Part shown: piece by piece, positions 36,901 through 48,900 of the stretch
Position numbering within the stretch: position 1 is the stretch's first letter
How the letters are laid out: each line of letters begins with the position of its first letter
Source of the DNA: Harriotta raleighana
Taxonomy: Eukaryota
Assembly (NCBI GenBank): GCA_050575255.1
Contig: JBNZDD010013729.1
Span: forward strand, 12,539,576-12,603,575
Length of the DNA stretch: 64,000 bases
Direction of reading: 5' to 3'
Notes under the pieces: generated by a model
The model's input: the letters and a program-made list of their open reading frames with translations, nothing else
Told to the model about the DNA's origin: nothing
Database searches by the model: none
Translations under genes and position numbers: made by a program

Positions 36901-39900
36901 ATTTAGGAATCAAGTACAATCTCCAATTTGATGTGGATAATAAAGATAGCTCTACGAACGTAAGTATGAAAATCAAATAGCCACATTAATATCATAGTGA
37001 GGTGTTTGTACCAAATATGCCAAAAAAGAAAAAAAAAAGTTGTTTTAATGTTTTTACATTATATTGTTGTGAACGTCAAGCGTTGCCATTACGAAGAGCT
37101 CTGAGATGCTGTCCTGTGTGATAGGTGCTTTATAGACTCAAGTTGTTGTACATGCTCTTCTTTGATAATAGATTTGTCAGAAAAAAGTAAAAATGTTTCA
37201 CTGCTCCACCAAACATGATTAAACAGTAATAATAATCGCTGCATTTAATATAGTGCTTTTCACATCTTATCGATGTCTCAAAGCGCTTAATAGAATATAC
37301 CGTAAAGTGAATTGGCTGTTTATTTGTGGGCGAAATGCGTCAGCCAATTGCCCCATTGCAAACAGTCATGGATTGAAATTATCAATTTATTATACAGTAA
37401 AACCTCGTTTATCCGTGACTCAATGAACTGGAAAACCCTTTCAACCGCCATTTTTTAAAAAAGTCCCGATTCAATGAACCGGCAGTTATCTGTCAAATAG
37501 TGATGACGCATTTAATGAATCGACTGTCGCACACAAGTACTGGTGGAGGTACTCGCGGTTGGCCGCTAGTCTTGTCTAAACTCGCTCCTGCTCCTTTTAA
37601 AAGTCACGTTTTATTTTACCTCTGTCGGGTGAGGGCTGCCGTTGCGAAGTTAAGTATAAATAATAAAGTACTAATACAATATTCTGTTATTATTTCGTCT
37701 ATTATTAATATGGTATGTGTTAAAATAATTCTTAATTTTTTAAAAAAACCGTTCAACCGGAAAACCGTTTACCTGCCACTGGCCAGGTCCCGTGGGTGCC
37801 GGATAAATGGGGTTTTAGTGTAGTGTTTTTTTTTTTTATGAATTATTATTAGGCGTGTGCACGAAGGAATCTTGCCCTAGTTTCTGCCCTGACCTGCCTG
37901 GATTCAAAACAGGTCTCATGCTTGTAAGGCAAGTGCTCTAACCATTGAGCTACATGCTGAAAGAACACAAGAGTAATATAAAGGGATCACCACTCAATAA
38001 TATAAAAGGATAAAGCTAAAATTGGATGGACTAAGGATTGTAATAGTCGTTTCTCACACCAGGTTATTGGCAGCTGTACAGCTATTGTAATCTTCAACAA
38101 AAAGAACGCAAGACCATACACAAATGTAAACTGCAACATAGGTAAAAAATACCAGAAAGAGGCTGCGAGGAAAGATCTTCAGTTTTATCTCAAGATGATC
38201 AAGAAAACGCCACTAGCGGTCGTGAAAAATATTCCTGGTATGAAGTTTCAACTTTAATGTGTCACTTAGCAGTAAACAACGGTAATCTTTCAGCATGATT
38301 TGAAGTTATAATAATAAGGGAATATTTTAGTGCAATTAAATTGAAGCGTAAGATAATTTCCATGTTTGTTTTATTTTAAACCTGCCTTTTCTTCTTCCCC
38401 TTCTCAGATAATTTTGGATTAATAGATCCTGAAATTATGCCATTCTGGCACTTGGCAAAGATTGCTGCCAGTTACATCATGTGGGAAAGGTCTACTGAAA
38501 ATGTAGCCTACAACTTGGCCCGTCTACAGAAAATGAACCAACTTGTGAGCAACATTTAACACCAATAATAATAATAGCAACAGCCTTTTGCATTCCAATT
38601 CTTTCACATCATTAATATAACAACAACAACAACAAAATTTCATGTCAGGAGGACGTCCAAGGCACTGGACAGAACTGAGCTGGGGATGGGGTGGGGAGGA
38701 AAGGGGGGGATTAAGAGATGCCGATATGATCATCAAAGAGGAGAGTTTTGAGGCGGGACTTGAAGGAGGCCAGGAAGGAGGTGAGGCGGAGGGACTGCAG
38801 GATGGAGTTCCAGAAGTTGGGGGCAGAGTCGCTAAAGTCTAATATATAATATGTAAAGGTTATATATTAATATAACTAATTGTACAATGACTTTTGATCC
38901 CCTCAGAACAGGCATGAAAAATATCTTTATCTCGCTTTTATTGTTCTTCTGCACCAGATACCAAGAGAGGTAAGTTAATCCAATTCTAGCGGCCACAAAA
39001 TTGTCTTTGAAGATAATAAATTTACTTTTCCACCATCAATTACCTGCCAGTAATACATTCTCTCTGAATAGGAAATAGTCACTTGCTATGTTGACGTGAA
39101 CTGGTATCCAAACCTACCACTGAATCCGAATTACCATTGTGTGCCTTTGTCTCAACAAGAAAATATCGTCGAAGGTTCTGGAGTTGAAACGATCGAAGGG
39201 TCAACTATGGAAGAAGGATCTGCTATGATCTGAGCAGTAGCCACACATGAAATGTCAGTTACACAAAATGTATTTTACGATTGTAGCATTTAAAAATAAC
39301 TCAAATCTCTCAAAAAGGACTTTAGTAAAATGATACAATTGAATGCTAACTCTCAGCTAAAACAGCTGCTTCAAATGTGGTCTATAAAGGTTGCAGAATA
39401 ACAACATAAAATAAATAGCTAAATGGTATGGCAACAGTAGATCAGCGAACTACAGCATTGTCAACGATTACTAAAACCACTAACATTCTCAACACACATG
39501 CTATATTATTGAACGTTTTATTGCTAACCATCAATAAAGAAATGCATTAAAATTACATTTATTGTATAAGTACAATTTTATAAGCATTCTCTGAAAAATA
39601 GAAGTTTGAGTTGCTGCTCTCCTATATATTTTTCTCCAATCGCTGCATGTGGAGGATCAGTTACAGTCAATGAATGCTTTGGCATTCAAGACTGCATCTC
39701 TTACTAAAAAGCAGATAAATGTATAAAATTTTTATGCAAATAATGTCAAGAAAACTCCTGGAAAATCTGGCCCATGAATTGGCCAGAGAATGAGCCTTGG
39801 CTTTGCGTGCCTGGCAATATGGTACAGGATCGAATGAAAGCAAAGCACGAACAGTATATATATATTTGTATATTCTTTTACCTATATTGAATTACAATTA

Positions 39901-42900
39901 ATGTTGTTTTGACAATTGACTATCTTAACAAAACAATTCTTTAGAACTCAACGCAAAATGCTGCAGATGCTGAAAGTCTGAAAGAAAAACAGAAATCACA
40001 GTTCCCAGCGATTTCTGTTTTTCTTTCAATTCTTTAGAAGAGTCCTGTTCAAGGATAATTCGTGCAAAGTCACCCAGAATGTGATTAGACAAGTAGATGC
40101 TTTTGGTAATGTTTTTGTTGAAGATGTATTTCATTCAACATCAGATAAAATGTTTCAGCCCCATGGCACCCCAATCTAAACTACAAACCAGAGGATTTGG
40201 AAACACAGACATATAACTAGATGGTTCCTTAAAATAAATGGGCGGTAGAATATTTGGAGGCCTTGATGAAACTATCAGGCCAATAAATAGACTTCTAAAA
40301 AGAAAATCCTTCATCTAAATCAAGTGTATTTCTATTTTTCTGACAACATCCCTTTTTACTACTGAAAGACATTTAAAATAACAAAACAAATAATTTAGTG
40401 AATTTATAGGAATAGAACTATACTTACGGGACAGGGGCAGATATTGTTTCTCTGAAGGCAACTTTAGGTTTTCCCATTACACACGGGCAATTGTATTCTC
40501 TCTCGAGTCTCTGAATGTTAAATAAATAACATCATTTTTAAACACAAATTAAGGAAAGTTTACAACGGATGCTTTCAAAACATTGAACAAATGAAGATTA
40601 CTTTCCTTCTCCAACTTGGAAATTAAAATAAATTAGTACTGCAAGTTTGATAGCATTTCTGTGCATGAAACATATCAGTAATAAAAATGCGGTTTCCCTC
40701 ATACTGATCACTTAAAATGAAATAAATGGATGCTTTCACATCACTGGTCTGAAATCATACCATACAATAAGCCTAGATATATATATATATCTCAAATCAA
40801 AAGGTATTTGAAACTCCTGAAACACTGAAATAGTTAATACATAAAGTTCAGTAATCAAACTGCAACAAATTCAGACTATAGAGTGAAAGAATAAAACACG
40901 GAATGTGGTACCTGGGCATAAATTTCCAAGTGCAATTCTCCCATTCCAGATACAATCGTCTCTCTGCTCTCTGAGTCGTAAAATATTCTAAACGTGGGAT
41001 CCTCTCGTGTAAATCTTCCAATTCCTTTGGAAAATTTATCCAAATCATTCTGAAACAAAATTGAACATACATTTAGGTTTTTTTTCATTTCTGATCCACA
41101 TTTTCTGTCGTTTGGAGATATTAAACTAAGGTGGTCCAACAACAACTTGTATTTATATTCACTTTACAGTATATTCTATGAAGCGCTTTGAGACATCTGG
41201 AAGATGTGAAAAGCACAATAACAAATGGAAGCATTATAATTATTATCATTTAGCACCCAGATGACATCTGCACGCTGCTTTTACCCTTTGTTTGCTGACG
41301 GCCAGTTAAGTAATATTGTTGTAGTTTCTCTTCCGGAAACATATGACCATAAGAATCATATAGAAATCCTGTGTTTTAAATTGTGTCCAATTGAGCTGTT
41401 ACCTATCTATCTTCAAACACTTGTTACCTATCTATCTCGATCACTTTTTGGTACGGACTTTGGCTTCGTAATCAAAAGGTCACCGTGAAACAATAACGCT
41501 TTCTATGGTTTTAAAAATTAAATCCTTAATCCTCCTTACCCGTAAAGTTGCTTGCAACATGGTAAACCATAATACAGTAAAACCCCGTTCACCCAGCACC
41601 CTGGGGGGGGGGGGGGTCGACTAATTGACTGTACCAGATAAAGGGGGGGGCAAGTTGCCGAAAACCCAACATAAAAAATTAACTTATTTTAAAACATACC
41701 GTGTTAATAATACACTAAATAATAACAGAATTGTATGGATACTCACCAATAAAGCATTCCAGCACACTCGGTAAAAAGATCGGTAAAAAAGCAAGTCCGT
41801 AAATTTAATAAGTACGCATTGCACGCATGCACAAAGTGAGCAAACTCGCGATTGCTAGAATGGGGAATTGCCCCGAGAGGGGTTGAGCAATCAGGTTGAT
41901 TAGGTCATGGATAAACGAGGTTTTACTATATAATAATACTTGATACAATGTCTTATCGTGTCGTTCAGGCATCTCAAAGCCCTTCGCAGAACGTACTGTG
42001 ACCTAGCAAAGGCTAACATTTTGTGGGAGAAAAAGAGGAAAGAAGACTCCTTTTAGAAAGGATCTGTCCATGATTTACCTTGTTGGTAGGTTTTATGGAT
42101 ACTGATATCACAGGCTCAGGCACATGAATAGATTCCTGGATGGTGGAAAAAAGGAAAGACAAACAGCTTAAATATCAACACAAGCGATTCAAGATATTAT
42201 TTGAAAACTGGCAAATATTGTAAGTTTTCTTTATTGCGCCTCAGAAACATAGAAATGAGGTTCTCATCAATTTACTGCTGATCTATCACAGTAACTAAGA
42301 TTTTAAAATACAGTAGCTTAAAACAATTAAATCAATGTAAAGTTACATTTGTTATGCTATCCATGTGGTGTTCTCCTGTCAATCATAGTGACCTTGTTTG
42401 CCTTCATTGAGTAAGTTTAACACTCTTTTGCAGTGCACGTTTAACAGCAGTTGAAACAGCTGTGAGTCAATAAAGATAGCAATTCTCTAAGAGTTACCAA
42501 TTATTATCGCTTTTCAAATGCGAGCAATTTTCCATCTGGCTATGTTGCTGCTGATAAGAAGTGTAACAATTACATTTAATTTTAATTAAATACTGATTTG
42601 CACAAATCAATTTGACTTTGATTTAAAAAGTTTACCATAACAAAAACAAGTCATGTATTTTCATTTTCTCCTATCTGGCTTGCGATTGAAAATTAAGTGG
42701 TAAATGTGGATGATAATTACTGTTTACCGCTGCAACAATGTGTTGATTTGGAATATCAGGACATAGTTAACGCCTATGATTCCTCCCAAAATCAAATTCC
42801 TGAGGCTAACTGACAGAGGAGTCCTGTAGCTCAGTGCTTAGAGGACTCACCTTCCAAACGGGAGACCTGGGTTTAATTCCAGGCACAGGGTGAAACCTTG

Positions 42901-45900
42901 GGCAAGTTTCCTTACTCCACACACCTAATAATAATCCCTCAAACTAAACAATACTAAATTGGTCATTTCAATCCACGACTGTTTGTGGGACACTGCTGTG
43001 CGCAATTGGTTACTGCATTTCGCCCACAAATATACACTCAATTCACTTTACAGTATATTCTGTGAAGCGTTTTGAGCCATCTAGAAGACGTGAAAAGCAC
43101 TATATCAAATGCAAGGATTATTATTAGAAGTACCACACGGAGACAAAGATGGAAATTAGTTTCCTCTTGTACACTTTCCCAACAATAATAATCGTTGCAT
43201 TTGATATAGCACCTCGTCATGTCTTTGAGAGCACAGACGTGATAAAATGTAACAATTGATTAAGAGTTAAACTGCCACTATTCTTAATCTGCATCCACCT
43301 GTGACATGGCATAATTGCCTCCACTGAATGCAATACAATTGATCTTTTTTTAATATCAATCAAAATTATATTTATACACCTTTCACATCGGGAGGACGTC
43401 CCAAGGCTTTGTACAGTCAGGTAAGGATCAGAGTGGGGGGGGGGGGGGAAGGGGAGAGGTCATGGGAAGGAAAGTAGGAAAAATTGAGTGTATATTTGTA
43501 GCGAAATATACAAATTGACCAAAGATAAACAACATTCCAAAGGAAAAACGGAGTCAAATAGGTCACAAAGGTGCAAGGTTTGATCTCTGTTCTGTGCTCA
43601 AAACATGCTGATATTTTAGAGCAGCGTCACCCGGACACTCAGTTGATCCACATGGAAGCTGTTGCTTCACGGCACTTATTTTTCTCCGCTCCAGTTGCTG
43701 TCGCAAATTTACGAACATAAAGTTCCTGCTGTTGGTAAAATTCCCCCTATTGTTTACAACTGCTTCAGGGCATTTTCATTCTGAACAAACGTTAAGGAAC
43801 TGGACTCAACTAAGAAGAACAAGAGATTTCTTCCCTCCACAACATTTTACGGCTCTAACTAGTAATTTGCACATGGAAATCCTGTAATCCTCACAAATCC
43901 AATGCAGCTCTAATAATCTGCTGAATAGCATTTAACTGTCAAATATATTTTTCCCCCCTCAAATGGCCCATCCACCTCTGGACACAGCTAACGATTGCAG
44001 TTTTTTCTGCCAATTTTGTGTGGGAACAAGGACATAGACAGAAGGAAGGGGAAGATGAAGGCAGTTCGGATTACATTATTTTATACAGAGATGAATACGT
44101 GGAATAAACTAACTACGGAGGCAGTGGAGTCAGACTTTTTAATGTTGTGGTCTAGCCAGATAGACTGCAATGTTATTTTATGGTCTGTTGCTGTACCCAT
44201 TTCTTATGAGTCATTTTATGTTTTACATGCCTGTGAAATTCTTGCCATATAAATGTATGCAAGTCTCTACTTCATCCTCCCTCAAAACCAGTTGTGTCTG
44301 TCTTATTATTCTTGGTTGAATAGGAATGGAGTCCTCAAAACAGCCAATTTCTTTAAAAAAAAAGTATTTTTGTTATTTTTATTACTGTATTATGAATGTT
44401 CTTATGCAATGTGCTTTTCCTTACCATTGATAGGTGGGTGAGGGCTTTTGCGGTAAGTGTGTCACCACTTGCACAATCAATCCCAAACAAAGCACAGATA
44501 TCACCAGCATAGACTTCCTCAACATCCTACAATGAAAAAAATGCAAGAAATACAAGCTTTTATATCAACAAAGTTAATAGACTTAACCATTTTCAAATCT
44601 CTCGCCTCCTTCAAAAAATACTCTTAGTGAACCCACTAGAAGTGGACTGAAAAGCCAATTGATTCTAACTAACTAGTTAATCTCCATTTCCCAAATTGAT
44701 TTACCAGTGCAGCAAATCAAACTAAACGTCATTCAAAATAAAATGCTGTTTATAGAAATAATAATAAACATAATCCTTGCATTTGATATAGTGCCTTATT
44801 ACATCCTTGAGATGTCTCAAAGCGCTGTATCCTGTAAAGTGAATTGACTGTGTATATTTTGCAGGTGAAACATGCCGGCCAATTATGCACAGCCGTGTTT
44901 CACAAACAGTTGTGGATTAATAAAATACAGCAAATACAAAACTCTCAATAAATCAAATGATTAACTGGTGATAATGAATCAGTCTCGACACAAAAAACCC
45001 TCTAATGACAATCTTGGACTGACCAAGAGTTTTTAAACACACAGATGGTCTTCCAGTACAAGTTCAAATCAGAATTGTTTATTCAGTGTTGGGACTGATA
45101 AGTGGTCACTTTGACAGCTGGTCTCTCCACATTTGGCAGCTGAGACAGATTTAATTGTGGATAACAGTAAATTTTCAATGTAATGTGGCATTTGGGAGCC
45201 ACACAGAAACAACATCGTACAGAGGGTAAAACATAAGGTCAAACAACTATGGAGTTCCCATTTTTTAATCTGTGTGTGTGGACGTGATCAAATAACAATG
45301 GAGGGTCACCAAAAATACGAAAGCTAAATAATATCTACATGTACAGTAGATATATGTTATCTATCAATCAATCAAAATTACATTTATATAGCTCCTTTCA
45401 CGTCGGGAGTCCCAAGGCACTGTACAGTCAAGTAGGGATTCAGAGCGGGGGGAGGGGGGGGTTTCAGGGGAAGGAAAGTAGAAAAAATTGACTGTATATT
45501 TGTGGGCGAAAAAAAAATATATTAAAAAATATAAAAAGTTATATTCCACACTTACATGCAGATCATATATGAGGTTTTCCTTTATACAATTTAAATTTTA
45601 TATTATAGCTGAAGTAAGTACATCAAGTATAATTTTAAATTTCAGAAAGTCAATTACATATTTAATTTAGAAAAATTCCAGAATGGTAAATGACAGCTAT
45701 ACCTATAGTAATATAACAGCCACCAAAACACAAAATCACCATTATTTGAAATGTCTTGAGTACTTGATAAAGTGCAACAATTAAATGCAAGGATTATTAT
45801 GATTATTATATATTATTGTTAGGCTATATCTTGGTCATCAACTTTGTATTCAATCTTTGGAATTTTTTGTAAAATCAAAGAGAACGGACGGCTGGAAATG

Positions 45901-48900
45901 GAAACAGAAATGGTGGGAGTCCACAGTGGGCCAATCAGCATCCAAAAGGGAAAATGGAACACTTACTCAGAAGGAGGAAATAAACAGTAATAAAATAGAC
46001 AAGCATAATGGGGGGAGGTGGGTAAAATTTCAGTCATGTCAGGAATAAAGCCATAGAGAGGATTAAAAAAAAAATTAAAGCCAACACAACAACAAAATTA
46101 CATTTATAGAGCGCCTTTTACGTCTGGAGGACATCCCAAGGCACTGAACAGTCTGGTCTGACTCGAGGAAGGGAGAAGGGCAAGGTAGAGTGGGCAGGAG
46201 TTAGAAGGGGAGGGAGAGAGTTGGGAGGGCAGCAGAAGGCATGGTCAAAGAGGAGGGTCTTGAGACCGCCCTTGAAGGAGGCGAGGGAGGGAGCAAGGCG
46301 AAGGGACTAAGGGCAGAGAGGCTAAAAGCCCATCCGCTGGTAGGGCGGATCGGGTGGGGGACATGGAGCAGGGAGGAGGCAGGGAGATTCTTAGGGGGGC
46401 AGCAGGTCGGAGAGGTAGGGAAAATCCAGAAAGCTGAAAAAATAATAGTGCTTTCAAAAGTTGTTTGGGGTTTCATTCAAATAACATACAAGGCCAAGGA
46501 GAACATCTCTTGGGGAGAGACCTGGGAAGTGGAATTGACTTTGAATATTCTTTTCAAAGGCATGACACAGTCACAATGGGCCGAATGGCCTCCCTTTACG
46601 CTGTAAAATTCTATGATTCTATGATCAGCAATAACTTGCATTTGTATAGCATCCTCCACGCCAGGCGGAGTCTCAGAGCGCTTCAGAATGGTGAAGCCCA
46701 AGGCCGAGCCAGGGGGAGCAAGAACAGAATGTTTTTATTTATTTATTTATTGTATTTATATAGCGCCTTTCACGTCAGGAGGACGTCCCAAGGCGCTGTA
46801 CAGTCAAGTGGGGGGAGGGGTCGGGGGAAGAAAAGCAGGAAAATACTGACTGTATATTTGTGGGCGAAACGCGGCAGCCAAATTGCGCACAGCATTGTCC
46901 CACAAACAGTCATGGAAGCGAGAGGGCCAGGGATTGAAAGGGGGAAAGAGGGCAAGGGGAGGGGTTGGGGTAGGGGGAAGAGAGAAGGAAAACCAGCTGT
47001 ATATCTGGGGAGAATATCTGGTTTCGGGTCACCTTCACAGATTAAACCAAGCTGTTTGGCAAAACAACACCACAATCCTTCTGTTTTTTTCTTTTGCCTT
47101 TTTCTTTTATGTTGGGTTTTGCATTTTGTCCAGAAATAATTGCATAATAAAACAAAATGTGAATTTGGAGTTCGATGGGTCGATACAGGATAAAAAGATC
47201 CTTCAAAATATGTGCAGTGAGTGATGGTGGTGGGGTGGAAAGATAGATATGACCAGCAGTGTGATCAGCAAAAAGCTATACCTCCATTTGATTGGAATTC
47301 ATTCGGACCAAACGCTGGACTCTGATCTTCTTTGCAGTTCGTGTGTTGTAGATATATTCAGTCTTTTTAAGCATACCCTGATACACTCGAATGTATGTTA
47401 ACTGTCCGAATCGGCCAGCCTGACAAACGCAAAGGAAAAATAATTAGCAAATGGCAATCCGATTCACCTCTATCTCCACTGATTTCAAAGTACTGCTGCT
47501 AAAATATTTATTCACAATACGGCATAGAAGATAAATCGAGGATACAGTTGTGTGCATTTTACTCTTAATGTATTTATAGTGAATGCAAATCAACAAATAA
47601 CTTCATAGCGGAGCTGCAATGAACAACAACAACAACAAAATTACACTTGTATAGCGCCTTTCATGTCGGGAGGACGTCCCAAAACGCTGAAATGCTGCAC
47701 TTGTTTTAAAAATCTAAAACAGATTACATGGGAATCCTCAGGACATTCAAATTAGGATTCCGATGTCACAACCCACTCAACGATGGCATCCTGCCTTAAA
47801 ATGCTAACAACAAAAAAAAACCTAAACATTAGACCACTCACACAATAACACACGGACCGTGTTTTTCAACTAGAGTTGCCAACCCACTGTTGGCTAAGTA
47901 CACAGCCACTCATCTTAAATGAACGGCTTATTCTACATCAACACAACAACATTGTCAGACAAAGGTCTTTGAGAGACGCACAGCACATTTAGGAGAGGAT
48001 GGGGAGTTGTCAGTTCAACATTTATAATTCCAACAAGCCATTCTTATGATGCTTCTTGGATTTCCATGTGTAAAATCTCTGCACAAATCGACTGTATGTT
48101 TAGTTATAGAAGTACCTCCAGTTTAAAGGCCAGGCCAACAAAGGGTTGAGAGCCATCTCTTGTGGAGTCCATAATAATTCTGTTTACATCTTCAGAATTC
48201 CTAAGATAAATAACATGTCACATGTTATTAGAACCCATCTAGAAACCACATTTTGGTGGGTTCTAGATCCAAAATACGTACAGTTAATTTACCTTTAAAG
48301 TATATTTTGCAAAGCGCTTTGAGATGCCTAAAAAAAAGGCATAATATCAAATTCAAGGTTTATTATTATTATTATTATTAACCCGATTCATGTAAAAATA
48401 AACCCAAACGTTCCTTTTTAAACTACAAAACAGTTTGTAATGTGCTCAGTTATTATTAGAAGTCTTATTAGACTTTAAATATTAGACTGGTAACCGTAAA
48501 AAGATCAACAAGCAATATCGCAAATCATTTTTTAACTTTGCAAACTTGGCTGATGATGAATGAATGCCGTTTGACTTATTTGATCACATTCTTACAGTTA
48601 AAATCATATTATCTTCTCACGGTCTAGTAGACTAGTTTTGAATGAGTATCTCAGCCAATATTTAACTGTGAAAGTTTTGTGATTTAAAAAAATGTATTCC
48701 TTTACGATACCACCGAGAATAAAAACAGAATGTGTACAAAAAGACAATGATCAGCTAGTTACTAATCCAGAGTAATAATGATGGAAATAAAACACTTACT
48801 CGTGATTACATAGTGCATAATTTGGGACTTCACTTGGGTTTGGTAAATAGTCCAAAACAGCATCCAGCAATGGCTGTACTCCCTTGTTTTTCAATGCACT

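Noticed and set aside
42818-42895. tRNA-like sequences here and in other copies
   Set aside because: They are SINE heads followed by the SINE body, with no proper acceptor stem or Pol III terminator
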